Origin: an uncultured bacterium
GTDB taxonomy: Bacteria > Hydrothermota > UBA3072
NCBI GenBank assembly: GCA_964418485.1
Contig: CAYQMH010000002.1
Location: 5,687 to 69,686 of the forward strand
Direction: 5' to 3'
Length of the DNA: 64,000 bases
Part shown: positions 29,228 through 40,273 of the stretch, piece after piece
Numbering within the stretch: the first letter of the stretch is position 1
How the letters are laid out: each line of letters starts with the position of its first letter
Program-made: the position numbers and the translations under genes
The notes under the pieces: generated by a model
Database searches by the model: none
The model's input: the letters and a program-made list of their open reading frames with translations, nothing else
What the model was told of the DNA's origin: nothing

Positions 29228-30886
29228 ATGAAGAATAAATTCTTTAAAGGTAAGGCAAGATTATTAATTCTTCTATTCGTTTGTCTCTGGTTTTTAGTGT
29301 TTTGCAGGCTTTTTTATCTTCAAGTTATTAAATCCGAAGAAATAAGTAAACAAACTAAAGAAGAGCAGCTACGTTTACTTCCTATTGAATTGAGAAGAGG
29401 GAATATTTTTGATAGGGAAGGTAGAGTTCTTGCTACGGATTTAAAAATGTTTACACTTTATGCTAAAAAGAGTCAAATTAAAGATCCTAAAATTATTGCA
29501 AGGAAGCTTTCGGATTGTAATCTGGGAAGCGAAGAGAGGTTGTTGAAACTGCTTTCCGATGATGCTGAATTTATAAAAATCGCAAGGGGAATTTCGGATT
29601 CTATAGTTAGTGAAATAAACATTCCCGGCGTTTATGCTGTAAAGGAATGGTTCAGGTATTATCCCTCGGATCTTTTGGGTAGAACTCTTTTAGGTTCTCT
29701 TGACTGGAGAAGAAAGGGTATATTAGGCGTTGAGAGACAATACGATGAGATCCTTAAGGGGCAAGATGGATGGGCATACTTCCTGGAAGTACCTCGGCGT
29801 TCGGGTATCAACCTTCTTAAGAGATCTGAAAACGATTATAAAGACGCCTCCGAAGGATGTGATGTTTATTTGACGATCGACTTCGATATCCAATCGATTA
29901 TAAATGACGAGTTAAAGATTTTAAGGGAGAGGACGGGAGCTGCTCAAGTTATGGGTATTTGTGTTTCCGTTAAGACAGGAGAAGTTCTGGCGATGGTTAA
30001 TTATCCGGAATTTGATCCAAACATGGGTTGGAGACTTAATGCTTGCACCTCCTGGGAATTTGAACCTGGTTCTATTTTCAAATTAATTCCTGCTTTTGCT
30101 TATATAAAAGAAGGTTTTTCTATTTCTGATACACTGGTAGATTCTACAACCATTGAATTTGGTGGAAAATTGTTCAGAGATGTACATGCTCATTCGGCAT
30201 ATACTTTTAGAGAATCTATGATTAATTCCTCGAATGTTGGGTTTATCGCAGTTGGTGAAAAAATCGGGAAAAAAGAATTTTATAAGGCAGCCAGGCTTTT
30301 TGGTATCGGTTGCGAGAGTGGCATCGATTTACCGGGTGAGTATTCAGGGAAGTTGCCCCATCTTCCCCGAGCAAGAGATATAAGGCTTGCTACTGTTTCT
30401 TTTGGACAGGGAGTTTCTGTAACTCCATTGCAAATGCTGATGGCTTATCAGGTTGTTGCAAACGACGGGATTCTTCTTAGGCCAAGGGTGATGAAAAGTG
30501 TTGTCAGAAATGGTAGGATTGTAAGGGAAAGTAGGAGAGAAGTCATCCGTAGAATAGGAAATCCGGAAATTTGTGACATTTTACTTGATATTTTAAATGA
30601 CGTAACAAAGGAGGGTACAGCTGTTTCCGCTTCTTTTCCTTTTATTTCTATAGCGGGAAAGACCGGAACCGCATGGAAAATTAAGGATGGCAGTTATGTT
30701 AAGGGTAGGTACGTTGCCTCTTTCATAGGTCTTTTCCCGTATCCCAACCCTGAGTTTGTTTTAGGTATTTTTGTCGATGATGTTGGTTGGCCTTATTATT
30801 ATGCATCGGAAACGGCCTGTCCGGCTTTCAGGAAAATAGTGAGTAGAATTGTAACCCATAGAGGTTATAGAAGTAAGTTTTTATAA
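29228..30886 (+). CDS. ftsI: peptidoglycan D,D-transpeptidase (PBP3)
   Basis: SxxK 'GSIFK', SxN 'SSN', and 'KTGTA' motifs. Confidence 0.85.
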   Translation: MKNKFFKGKARLLILLFVCLWFLVFCRLFYLQVIKSEEISKQTKEEQLRLLPIELRRGNIFDREGRVLATDLKMFTLYAKKSQIKDPKIIARKLSDCNLGSEERLLKLLSDDAEFIKIARGISDSIVSEINIPGVYAVKEWFRYYPSDLLGRTLLGSLDWRRKGILGVERQYDEILKGQDGWAYFLEVPRRSGINLLKRSENDYKDASEGCDVYLTIDFDIQSIINDELKILRERTGAAQVMGICVSVKTGEVLAMVNYPEFDPNMGWRLNACTSWEFEPGSIFKLIPAFAYIKEGFSISDTLVDSTTIEFGGKLFRDVHAHSAYTFRESMINSSNVGFIAVGEKIGKKEFYKAARLFGIGCESGIDLPGEYSGKLPHLPRARDIRLATVSFGQGVSVTPLQMLMAYQVVANDGILLRPRVMKSVVRNGRIVRESRREVIRRIGNPEICDILLDILNDVTKEGTAVSASFPFISIAGKTGTAWKIKDGSYVKGRYVASFIGLFPYPNPEFVLGIFVDDVGWPYYYASETACPAFRKIVSRIVTHRGYRSKFL

Positions 30887-30889
30887 ATT

Positions 30890-32326
30890 ATGAAAATTGA
30901 TGAATTGTTAGAAGGCGTTGAAATAACAAAAAGAACAGATACCGTAAATGAAATTACCGGTATCACTGATGATTCTCGTGAAGTTAAAAAAGGTTATCTT
31001 TTTGCCGCAGAGAGAGGTGAGGTTTTTGACGGGCACGATTTTTGTAAAGAAGCTCTGGATAAAGGAGCTTCGGTTCTTTTGACAGAAAAGGAATTATCAG
31101 ATGATATTCCTTATATTCTTGTACCCAATACCAGGAAGGCTTTTTCAAGGATTGCTTCAAATTATTATGAAAATCCATCCGGTAAGCTAAGAGTTATAGG
31201 TGTTACCGGAACTAATGGCAAAACTACCACTTCTTACCTCCTTTCTTCCCTTTTCCCGAATTCTGTTTGTTTTAGTACAGTTAAGTATATGGGCCTTAGC
31301 AGAAATATTAAAGCCATAAACACGACTCCTTCCCCTATTTTACTCCATAGGGAATTTGCCGGAGCCTATAAAAGAGGCTTGGATACCGCTATCCTTGAAG
31401 TCTCTTCTATAGGACTCGATCAGAATAGAGTTTCAGATATCGATTTTGATTATGCTGTGTTTACGAATATTACAAGAGATCATTTAGACTACCATAAGAA
31501 TTTTGAAAATTATATGGAAGCTAAAGCGAAATTTTTTGAAAACTTAGGGGAGGATAAAATAGCGGTAATAAACGCTGACAATTCGAATGCTCCATACTTT
31601 ATTAAAAGGGCAAATTCGAGAGTTGTGACTTTTGGCTTTAAAAGGGGAAATATCATAGGTGATATACTGCAGAATTCGGGAAAAGGTTTTATTTTAAAAA
31701 TTGAAGGGATGGGCAGGAACTTGGAAGTTTTTAGTCCGCTTGTTGGTAGTTTTAACGCATGGAATGTTCTTGCCGCTGTAGCTGTCGGCATACTTGAGAA
31801 TTTAAGTGATTCCGAGATCAAAGAGCGTATAAAAACCGCGATACTCCCGCCGGGAAGATTGGAGAAAATTGAGTCTCCGGAAGGAATTTCGGTTTTTGTC
31901 GATTACGCCCACACTCCCGATGCTTTATTTGCTGTTATTTCTTCACTTAAAGAATATAATCCTGCCAGAGTAATCACCGTTTTCGGGGCGGGAGGGCACA
32001 GGGATAAAGGCAAGAGAGGAATGATGGGTTCTGTAGTCTCGGCGCTTTCGGACATAGTTATTGTTACTTCGGATAATCCCAGAGACGAAGACCCCGATGA
32101 TATAATAGACGATATATTCGAAGGTATCTCGGATAAAAAAGCAATTAGATTAAAAGATAGAAAGAAAGCAATTTTTAAAGCTCTTTCGATTGCAGGGGAA
32201 GGAGATTTTGTCTTGATTGCCGGTAAGGGACACGAAGATTACCAGGAAATAAAAGGTAAAAGAATTCCTTTTTCTGATAAGAAATGCGTAAAGGAGTTTT
32301 ATAGCTATGAAAGAAATAGAGCTTGA
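30890..32326 (+). CDS. murE: UDP-MurNAc-tripeptide synthetase
   Basis: Mur ligase 'GVTGTNGKTTT'. Confidence 0.9.
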   Translation: MKIDELLEGVEITKRTDTVNEITGITDDSREVKKGYLFAAERGEVFDGHDFCKEALDKGASVLLTEKELSDDIPYILVPNTRKAFSRIASNYYENPSGKLRVIGVTGTNGKTTTSYLLSSLFPNSVCFSTVKYMGLSRNIKAINTTPSPILLHREFAGAYKRGLDTAILEVSSIGLDQNRVSDIDFDYAVFTNITRDHLDYHKNFENYMEAKAKFFENLGEDKIAVINADNSNAPYFIKRANSRVVTFGFKRGNIIGDILQNSGKGFILKIEGMGRNLEVFSPLVGSFNAWNVLAAVAVGILENLSDSEIKERIKTAILPPGRLEKIESPEGISVFVDYAHTPDALFAVISSLKEYNPARVITVFGAGGHRDKGKRGMMGSVVSALSDIVIVTSDNPRDEDPDDIIDDIFEGISDKKAIRLKDRKKAIFKALSIAGEGDFVLIAGKGHEDYQEIKGKRIPFSDKKCVKEFYSYERNRA

Positions 32327-33641
32327 AAAGATTGTTGAAGTATTACATGGCAAATATTTAGGTAGCAAAGAGTTAATAGGTAAAACTTTAAGCGGGGTGT
32401 CGGTGGATACAAGGACTATTCAAGAAAATGAGTTATTTTTTGCGCTTGAAGGAGAAAATTTTGATGGCCATGATTTTGTAGATGAAGCTATTTTTAAATC
32501 TGGTTTGCCTGTTGTTGTCTCTCGGAAGGTAAAGAATGGTGAGGTTATCTTAATTGAAGATACTCTTAGGGGGTTGGGAGATTTGGCTTCCTATTATAAG
32601 AAGGCAACGAATGTTTTTGCTATTGCTGTTACAGGTTCATACGGAAAAACCACGACGAAAAATTTTATCGGATCTATTTTTAGTGCAAGTTATCCTACCT
32701 TGGTGAGCTTTAAAAATTATAATAATCTTATCGGTGTTCCTCTAAATTTGTTTAAATTAGGGAATGAGAAAATCGCGGTTCTGGAATTTGGGACCAATCA
32801 ATTTGGGGAAATAAAGAGGTTGTCGGAAATTGTGGAACCTGATATTGGTTTGATTACTGGCATCGGGGAGGCTCACCTGCAAGCTTTTAAGGATAAAGAG
32901 GGGGTATTAAGGGAAAAAACCGATATTATGGTAGGGCTTAAAGGTCCTTTGTTTGTTAACGGCGATGACCCTCTGCTTCGTAATATAAAAAAAGGTAAAA
33001 CTATTAGAGTGGGATTTTTGGATGATAACGATTTTACTTTTAAAATATTACAGGAATCAGTCGATGGTACTGTTTTTTCCACAAAGGGGATGAGTTTTTG
33101 GATAAGATTGCCGACTGTTGGAATGTTGCGGTGTGCTATGCTTGCTGTTTCTGTTGCTCTTCATTACGGAATTTCACGTGAGGATATCCAGAAAGGTCTC
33201 AAGAGAATTGGAAAAGCTTCTCACAGGATGGAATTTAAGAGAACGCATAAGCTTAATATTGTGGATGATACTTATAATAGCAATCCGGATTCTCTTTTGA
33301 ATGCTGTTTCTTTTCTTTCTCTTATGCCTGGGAGAAAGGTTGTTGTTCTGGGTCCTATGTTGGAATTAGGAGAAAATAGTTATTCGATTCATAAAGAGAC
33401 CGGTAAAAAACTTAAATACAGAATTAATGAGTTGATTGCCATTGGCGAAGAAGCTAAAGGTTTTGTTGATGGTTTTAGTGGGGGTTATTTAGTTTCTAAT
33501 AAAAAAGAAGCTCTTACGAAGCTTCACGAAATACTTGAGAAGGGAGATACAATATTGTTTAAATCTTCGAGAGCGTTAAAGCTTGAGACTCTTATTGAGA
33601 AATTACAGGAGGAGAATTGTTTTATTTACTCTACCCCCTAA
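32307..33641 (+). CDS. murF: UDP-MurNAc-pentapeptide synthetase
   Basis: Mur ligase 'VTGSYGKTTTK'. Confidence 0.9.
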   Translation: MKEIELEKIVEVLHGKYLGSKELIGKTLSGVSVDTRTIQENELFFALEGENFDGHDFVDEAIFKSGLPVVVSRKVKNGEVILIEDTLRGLGDLASYYKKATNVFAIAVTGSYGKTTTKNFIGSIFSASYPTLVSFKNYNNLIGVPLNLFKLGNEKIAVLEFGTNQFGEIKRLSEIVEPDIGLITGIGEAHLQAFKDKEGVLREKTDIMVGLKGPLFVNGDDPLLRNIKKGKTIRVGFLDDNDFTFKILQESVDGTVFSTKGMSFWIRLPTVGMLRCAMLAVSVALHYGISREDIQKGLKRIGKASHRMEFKRTHKLNIVDDTYNSNPDSLLNAVSFLSLMPGRKVVVLGPMLELGENSYSIHKETGKKLKYRINELIAIGEEAKGFVDGFSGGYLVSNKKEALTKLHEILEKGDTILFKSSRALKLETLIEKLQEENCFIYSTP

Positions 33642-34693
33642 AAGAAAATTTTATTATTTTTAATTTATTGCGCTATATAACATTTCGTTCTGCTTATGCT
33701 GCAATTACTTCTCTTTTGATTTCATTGATATTGGGAAGAAGGTTTATCCTTTTCCTTAAGAGTAGAAATCTTACCGAATCTATTTCTAAATGGATAAAGG
33801 ATACCCACGGAAAAAAAGGTGGTACTCCTACTATGGGAGGATTTTTGATTATAGTTTCTCTCCTTGTCTCTGTTTTGCTCTGGGCTGACATAAGAAATCC
33901 TTTTATTCTTTATCTAATTGGAATTACTGTATGGATGGGGATTTTTGGAGTATTCGATGATTACATAAAGGGTAAAAGAGGAGACGGGTTTAATGTTTTA
34001 ACTAAAATTTTAATACAAATTATTCCTGCTGTCTTTATAGGTATTATGATTGTGCTCTTTCCTCTTAAGAGCGGTTATGAGACGTTGACAATAGCTCCCT
34101 TTTTTAAAAATGTATTCATTAATCTGGGTTATTTTTACATACCTTTCATTATTTTAGTAATAATAGGATCTACTAATGCAGTTAATATTACAGATGGTAT
34201 GGATGGTCTTGCGATTGGACTCGCCGGTATTATAAGTGTGGCTTTTGCTGTTATTGCTTACGTTACAGGTAATATAAAATTTGCGGAATATCTTAATCTG
34301 CTTTACATCCCCGGAAGTGGGGAGGTAACGGTCTTCTGTGCCGCATTTGTTGGGTCATCCATAGGTTTCTTATGGTTTAATTCACACCCGGCTGAGATTT
34401 TCATGGGTGATACAGGATCGCTTGCTATTGGCGGAATATTGGGTTTAATCGCGATTCTCCTAAAGCATGAGTTTTTATTATTGGTAATTGGAGGTGTCTT
34501 TGTTATGGAAACATTGTCCGTAATTCTTCAAGTTGCTTCGTTTAAATGTACGGGCAGGCGAATTTTTAAGATGGCTCCTATACACCATCATTTTCAGCTC
34601 GTGGGTTGGCAGGAATCGAAGGTTGTAATTCGATTCTGGATTTGGGGTATAATGTTTGCTTTGCTTGGACTCAGCACGCTTAAAATAAGGTAG
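33617..34693 (+). CDS. mraY: phospho-N-acetylmuramoyl-pentapeptide transferase
   Basis: Polytopic membrane protein with 'DGMDGLA' and 'MGDTGS' motifs. Confidence 0.9.
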   Translation: MFYLLYPLKENFIIFNLLRYITFRSAYAAITSLLISLILGRRFILFLKSRNLTESISKWIKDTHGKKGGTPTMGGFLIIVSLLVSVLLWADIRNPFILYLIGITVWMGIFGVFDDYIKGKRGDGFNVLTKILIQIIPAVFIGIMIVLFPLKSGYETLTIAPFFKNVFINLGYFYIPFIILVIIGSTNAVNITDGMDGLAIGLAGIISVAFAVIAYVTGNIKFAEYLNLLYIPGSGEVTVFCAAFVGSSIGFLWFNSHPAEIFMGDTGSLAIGGILGLIAILLKHEFLLLVIGGVFVMETLSVILQVASFKCTGRRIFKMAPIHHHFQLVGWQESKVVIRFWIWGIMFALLGLSTLKIR

Positions 34694-34704
34694 AGGGATA
34701 ATAG

Positions 34705-35997
34705 ATGATTGGAGTTATTGGGTTTGGACGAAGCGGAAAGGCAGTTTCGAAATTAATCGAGAGTTTAGGCGAGAAGCCTTTTGTGAGTGATTTAAGTCAG
34801 AATAGTACTACTATACCGTATGCATGCGAATCGGGAAAACATTCAGAAAAATTGCTCGAAATGGATCTGTTGGTTGTTTCTCCCGGTGTACCATTGGATA
34901 TTCCTGTGCTTCTGAAAGCAAGAGAAAAAGGAATCCCTGTTATAGGGGAAGTAGAATTTGCTTCAAGATATATAAAGGGTAAAATTGTTGCGATTACGGG
35001 TACTAATGGTAAAACTACCACGGCTGCGATGACTCATCATATACTTAAAGGGTCTTTAGGTGAGAAGGTTCTTCTCGGAGGAAATATTTATCCGGGAACA
35101 CCCTTGAGCAGTCTTGTCGCGGAAAGCAAAGATGATTTTATAACAGTTATAGAAGTTTCTTCATATCAGTTAGAAAGAATCCAAAACTTCCATCCCTGGA
35201 TTTCCGCAATTGTTAACATTTCTCCTGATCATCTGGATAGACATGCAGATTTTAAAGAATATTTAAGTGCCAAATTGAATATTTTAAAAAACCAGGATTC
35301 TCATGATTATTCAATACTCAACAGAGATGATCCCAATCTGTCTTCTCTTAATTTATCTTCAAAAAGTTTATATTTTTCTCTTAAGAATAAAAGTGATATC
35401 TATTTCAATGGTTCTGTTTTTGTTAAAGATATAAAGGACAGGGAAATTTTCAGTAAAGATGATTTATTCATGCCGGGAGAAGCATTTATAGAGGATGGAA
35501 TGATTGCAGCTCTTATTGCTAGTATAATAGGTATGGACCGGGAAAGTATTCGTGAAAGAATTCGCTTGTTTCCCGGAGTCGAACACAGGATGGAAACGGT
35601 CTTAAAGAGAAGCGATATGTGGATTATTAATAATTCGATGTGTACAAATCCTATTGCTTTTTTAAAGTCTCTTGAATGTTTTTCCGATTCTTGTGTGATT
35701 GTCGGCGGACGTATGAAAGTTGAAAATTTTGATCCTATAGTTGACGCGGTCAAAAAGTTTTCCAGGTTTGCTGTTCTTATTGGGGAGTCAAGTGAGCCGA
35801 TTGCCGATAGTTTAAAGAAGATCGGATTTAGGGATTGGGTGTTTGCTTTTTCGATGGAGGATGCAGTTAAAAAAGCTTTAAGTTCGAAATGTAATAGAAT
35901 AATTCTTTCTCCGGGAGCCTCCAGTTTTGACTGGTATAGAGATTTTAGAGAAAGAGGAGATATTTTTAAAAAAGTGGTGAGTGAAATTTATGGTTAA
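34705..35997 (+). CDS. murD: UDP-MurNAc-L-Ala--D-Glu ligase
   Basis: 'ITGTNGKTTT'. Confidence 0.9.
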   Translation: MIGVIGFGRSGKAVSKLIESLGEKPFVSDLSQNSTTIPYACESGKHSEKLLEMDLLVVSPGVPLDIPVLLKAREKGIPVIGEVEFASRYIKGKIVAITGTNGKTTTAAMTHHILKGSLGEKVLLGGNIYPGTPLSSLVAESKDDFITVIEVSSYQLERIQNFHPWISAIVNISPDHLDRHADFKEYLSAKLNILKNQDSHDYSILNRDDPNLSSLNLSSKSLYFSLKNKSDIYFNGSVFVKDIKDREIFSKDDLFMPGEAFIEDGMIAALIASIIGMDRESIRERIRLFPGVEHRMETVLKRSDMWIINNSMCTNPIAFLKSLECFSDSCVIVGGRMKVENFDPIVDAVKKFSRFAVLIGESSEPIADSLKKIGFRDWVFAFSMEDAVKKALSSKCNRIILSPGASSFDWYRDFRERGDIFKKVVSEIYG

Positions 35998-37096
35998 ACA
36001 GAAGAGAATAAGAATAGGATTGGTAGAGGTCATTCCTCTGTTGCTTGGGGCTTTTGGGATCGTAATGGTTTTTTCGGCGAGTTCTGGTATCTCTGTTTAC
36101 AAAACCGTCGTGCCGATTTCTTTTGTTAAGCAGTTGGTTCTATTTGTCTTAGGTGTTGGTATATTTTTTCTAACTTCGAAAATAAAGGTAAAATTTTGGG
36201 AAGAATTTAATTTGTTTTTTATTATATTAGCGGGTCTTCTACTTGTATTTACATATTTTTATGGTCTGGAAATCAACGGGGCAAGAAGATGGTTGGCTCT
36301 TAGGATATTTAATATGAGATTTTCTTTTCAGCCCTCTATTTTTGCCCAGGTTGCCCTTGTTGTTTTCTTTGCGAAAAAGAGAGATTTCGGAATTTCAATT
36401 TTTGTTATTTCCGTTATTATGGGATTGATTATTATTCAGCCCGATATTTCAATGGCATTTCTTACTTTGGTTATCGGTACAATAATGATGTTTTTGAATA
36501 GCACTGATAATGGTAAAGTGGCAGTTTTCTTTGTAATAATGCTTCTCTTCGGGGTGCTTTTTATATCGCGTGAGGGGTACGCAATTAGTAGGATCAATAA
36601 TCACATTAATAGTGAGTCTGTTAATGTTACTGTTCAGGCGATTTCCCACGGTGGTTTTTCAGGTCTGGGCCTCGGTAGCGGAATGGAGAAGTTTTTTTAT
36701 ATACCTTTACCAGATTCGGATTTTATCTTTTCAATAATTGGTGAGGAATTGGGGTTCACGGGATGTCTTCTGATTGTTGGCTTGTTTGTTATTTATTTGA
36801 TAAGCGCTATAAAGTCGAGTCTAAGAGCCCCTAATGAATATTCTTCCCTGTTAGGATTGGGTTTGGTTTCGTTTATAGGAGTTTACGCTTTGTTGCATAT
36901 TTACGTATCCCTGGGAATTGTGCCGGTTACCGGAGTACCGTTGCCATTTATATCCAGTGGGGGTACTGCTTTAATGATGGCTTACATGGCAGGAGGTGTT
37001 ATTGTCTCAATCGAAAAAAAGCATAATAGTATCGGGCGGGGGAACAGGAGGACACATTTATCCGGCGCTCGCAGTCGCTCTCGAAATAGAAAGTAG
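35981..37096 (+). CDS. ftsW: FtsW/RodA family lipid II flippase/polymerase
   Basis: SEDS family membrane protein. Its 3' end overlaps murG by about 100 nt. Confidence 0.8.
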   Translation: MKFMVKQKRIRIGLVEVIPLLLGAFGIVMVFSASSGISVYKTVVPISFVKQLVLFVLGVGIFFLTSKIKVKFWEEFNLFFIILAGLLLVFTYFYGLEINGARRWLALRIFNMRFSFQPSIFAQVALVVFFAKKRDFGISIFVISVIMGLIIIQPDISMAFLTLVIGTIMMFLNSTDNGKVAVFFVIMLLFGVLFISREGYAISRINNHINSESVNVTVQAISHGGFSGLGLGSGMEKFFYIPLPDSDFIFSIIGEELGFTGCLLIVGLFVIYLISAIKSSLRAPNEYSSLLGLGLVSFIGVYALLHIYVSLGIVPVTGVPLPFISSGGTALMMAYMAGGVIVSIEKKHNSIGRGNRRTHLSGARSRSRNRK

Positions 37097-38045
37097 AGGA
37101 TTCGGGGTGATTTATATAGGAAGCAGTTCCGGACTAGAGAAAGAGTTCGTTAAAATGAAAAATATGTTTCTTTTACCAACAGTGGGATGGGTAGGTAAAA
37201 ATTTAAAAGATAAAATTATTTTTATTTTCCGTTTTATTCCCGGCTTTTTCTTTTCGGCTTGGTTGATAATCAGGAGAAAAGTTTGCGCCGTTTTTCATAC
37301 GGGTGCTTTTGCATCACTACCTGTTGGTCTGGCAGCTGTTCTTTTAAGAGTGCCTGTTTTTACTCTTGTTCTTGACTCAAAGCCCGGCAAGGCTGTTAAT
37401 TTTCTTTCCCGATTTTCGAAGGAAGTATTTTTGCCCTACGAGGAAACTTTTCCCTCTTTGAAGGGAAAGAAAAAAGTTGTAACAGGTATTCCCGTAAGAA
37501 AAAATATCACGCGGGAAAAATATGGAGAAGCTGTCAATTATTTTTCTCTGATGCCCGGGAGGAAGACTTTACTTGTAATAGGGGGAAGCCGGGGAGCAAA
37601 GTTTCTAGCCGACCTTTCAGAAAAATTAATTCCATTGATGGGAAAAGACTGGCAGTTTATTATTCAGAGAGGAGCTTTTGAAATAGTCGCGAAAAACCAG
37701 TGGGTTAGACAGTTTTCATTTATAGATAGAATGGATCTCGCTTATTCCTTAAGCGATGTAATTATTTCACGAGCGGGAGCGCTAGCCACTGCAGAGATTG
37801 AAAATCTAGGTATTCCGGCGATTTTGATTCCTTATCCATACGCTTTTAAAGATCATCAATTTTTTAACGCAAAAAGACTTGCGCTTAAGAGAAATAATAT
37901 AATAATAAAGAGAGAAAAAGAAATAGAAGTGGAAAATTTTCCGAAATTAATTGAGGCGCTTTACGGTGAAAAAATAAGCGTTGATGAAAATACCTCGGCA
38001 GGGAAGATAAGTGAGAGGATTTTAAGATATGTTCGGAAAGTTTAA
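36996..38045 (+). CDS. murG: UDP-GlcNAc:lipid I GlcNAc transferase
   Basis: 'GGTGGHIYPALA' N-terminus. Confidence 0.85.
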   Translation: MLLSQSKKSIIVSGGGTGGHIYPALAVALEIESRGFGVIYIGSSSGLEKEFVKMKNMFLLPTVGWVGKNLKDKIIFIFRFIPGFFFSAWLIIRRKVCAVFHTGAFASLPVGLAAVLLRVPVFTLVLDSKPGKAVNFLSRFSKEVFLPYEETFPSLKGKKKVVTGIPVRKNITREKYGEAVNYFSLMPGRKTLLVIGGSRGAKFLADLSEKLIPLMGKDWQFIIQRGAFEIVAKNQWVRQFSFIDRMDLAYSLSDVIISRAGALATAEIENLGIPAILIPYPYAFKDHQFFNAKRLALKRNNIIIKREKEIEVENFPKLIEALYGEKISVDENTSAGKISERILRYVRKV

Positions 38046-39405
38046 AAAAGTGCATTTCGTCGGTATAGGTGGTATCGGTATGAGTGGTATTGCCGAGCTG
38101 CTCTGGAATATGGGTTTTGAAGTTACGGGTAGTGATATCAAAGAATCTGAAAATACCAGTAGACTTAAAAAATTAGGAATAAAGATCGGAGTACCGCATA
38201 GTAAAGATAATGTTGGTGATGCGGATGTTGTGGTCTATACCTCGGCTTTATCTAAGGATAATGTGGAATTACAATATGCTAGGAAAGCAAATATCCCGAT
38301 AAGCAGAAGGGCTGAGATGTTGGCTGAATTAATGAGGATTAAGTTTTCCATAGCGGTTGCGGGAACTCACGGTAAGTCTACGACTACTTCTCTTGTAGCA
38401 TCGATTTTAAGAGAGAAGAAGCTTGATCCTACTATAATTGTTGGTGGAATACTCAGGAGTACCGGGAATAATTCCAGATTGGGGGAAAGTGAATACCTTG
38501 TGGCTGAAGCGGATGAGAGTGATCGTTCTTTTCTGAAACTTTTTCCTACAGTGGCAGTTATTACAAATATAGATCTCGAACACCTTGATGTGTATAAAGA
38601 CCTCGATGATATAAAAGATACTTTTAAAAGATTTGCGAATTCTGTTCCATTTTATGGGGCCGTTCATCTTTCCATGGACGATTCTGTTTCTCTTTCTATT
38701 CTTGCAGAAATCGAGAGAAAAGTAATAACTTTTGGTCTTTCTCCTAATGCGGATGTGAAGGGGATGAATATAAAAAGAAAGGGTTTTACCCATAGTTTTG
38801 ATCTTGTTTCAAATGGAGTTAATATAAAAAATATTAAAGTAAACCTTCCCGGTAGACATAATGTGATTAATGCTATAGCAGCTTGTTCTGTTGCTTTGGA
38901 ATTAGGCGTCGATTCGGAGAGTATTAAACAAGGGGTGGGCAAATGTACGGGTATTGCCAGAAGATTTGAAAAAAGAGGGTTTGAAAAAGGAATTCTTGTT
39001 GTAGATGATTACGCTCATCATCCGAGAGAAATCCAGTCCACTCTTGCCGGAGCGAGAGCAGGTTGGGATGGAAGAATAGTGGCAGTATTTCAACCGCATT
39101 TGTATTCAAGAACTATATTGCTTAAAAAAGAATTTGGGAAGGCTTTTTTTCAGGCGGATAAGGTTATTGTTACGGATATTTATCCGTCGCGAGAAGAACC
39201 GATACCTGGAATTACGGGTGAAATTATTAAAGACCAATGCATAAATTTTGGTCACAAAGATGTGGAATACATAGAGGAAAAAGAAGAAATCCCGAAGTTC
39301 TTGGTTCCGCAGCTTTCAAAGGGTGATATGGTAATTTTGCTCGGCGCGGGGAATATATACAATATCGCAGAGGATATAATCGATGGAATTAGAAATCAAA
39401 GATGA
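38029..39405 (+). CDS. murC: UDP-MurNAc--L-Ala ligase
   Basis: 'HFVGIGGIGMSG' and 'GTHGKSTTT' motifs. Confidence 0.9.
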   Translation: MFGKFKKVHFVGIGGIGMSGIAELLWNMGFEVTGSDIKESENTSRLKKLGIKIGVPHSKDNVGDADVVVYTSALSKDNVELQYARKANIPISRRAEMLAELMRIKFSIAVAGTHGKSTTTSLVASILREKKLDPTIIVGGILRSTGNNSRLGESEYLVAEADESDRSFLKLFPTVAVITNIDLEHLDVYKDLDDIKDTFKRFANSVPFYGAVHLSMDDSVSLSILAEIERKVITFGLSPNADVKGMNIKRKGFTHSFDLVSNGVNIKNIKVNLPGRHNVINAIAACSVALELGVDSESIKQGVGKCTGIARRFEKRGFEKGILVVDDYAHHPREIQSTLAGARAGWDGRIVAVFQPHLYSRTILLKKEFGKAFFQADKVIVTDIYPSREEPIPGITGEIIKDQCINFGHKDVEYIEEKEEIPKFLVPQLSKGDMVILLGAGNIYNIAEDIIDGIRNQR

Positions 39406-40273
39406 TATATTATTAGATGAACCTCTTTCTTCGCATACTACATTGCATCTTGGAGGTAGGGCAAAATATTTTATGATGGCAGCAAATACGAGGGATATTT
39501 CCAGAGCTATTTCTTTCTCAAAAGAAAAGGAGCTTCCCAGTTGTATAATGGGTAGAGGCTCGAACATGCTTTTTTTAGATGAAGGTTTTTCCGGAGTGGT
39601 AATAAGTACAAAAGGGATGGATGAAATCAATATTAGTAATACTAAAGTATTTGCAAAATCGGGAGCTAATTTGTCGGCTGTTATAAATGTTGCAAAAGAA
39701 TCTTCTTTATCCGGTTTTGAATCTCTGGTTGGTATTCCCGGGAGTGTAGGGGGGGCTTCTGTTATGAATGCGGGGGCTTTTGACTGTGAGATAGGTGATT
39801 ATATAGAAGCAGTTAAAGTTTTGAGGGACGGGGAGGAGGTTAGAATCGAAGATATACGGTTTGATTATAGGCAGTCCAGTCTTTCAGATGAAATCGTTGT
39901 CGAGGTTGAATTTTTGTTGACCGAGAAAGAAAAGAAAGAAATTGAAAATAAAATTAAAGATATAACTGATCTCAGAAAGAAGAGGCAACCTGATTTTCCT
40001 AAGGGTACGGGAACCTGCGGGTCGATTTTTAAGAATCCCAAGGGTCTTACCGCGGGAGAATTGATTGAAAAAGCGGGTCTTAAAGGAACAAGAATCGGGG
40101 GAGTGTGGGTTTCCCGGAAACATTGCAATTATTTTCTCACCAACCCTCAGGCTACTTCCTGGGATTTTATCGAGTTAATAAAAGTTGTTAGAGATAAAGT
40201 TGAAAAAGATTCAGGAGTTACCTTAGAATTGGAGGTAAAAGTAATTGGCGAAGAAAAAGAAATCCAGATTTAG
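39383..40273 (+). CDS. murB: UDP-N-acetylenolpyruvoylglucosamine reductase
   Basis: FAD-binding 'GRGSNMLF' and C-terminal MurB domain. Confidence 0.85.
   Translation: MELEIKDDILLDEPLSSHTTLHLGGRAKYFMMAANTRDISRAISFSKEKELPSCIMGRGSNMLFLDEGFSGVVISTKGMDEINISNTKVFAKSGANLSAVINVAKESSLSGFESLVGIPGSVGGASVMNAGAFDCEIGDYIEAVKVLRDGEEVRIEDIRFDYRQSSLSDEIVVEVEFLLTEKEKKEIENKIKDITDLRKKRQPDFPKGTGTCGSIFKNPKGLTAGELIEKAGLKGTRIGGVWVSRKHCNYFLTNPQATSWDFIELIKVVRDKVEKDSGVTLELEVKVIGEEKEIQI

Noticed and set aside
35981-38045. ftsW/murG ~100-nt overlap as a frameshift or fusion
   Set aside because: Both ORFs are full length with conserved termini (murG GGTGGH start). The overlap is most simply a long out-of-frame ftsW tail, and it cannot be resolved without comparative data.
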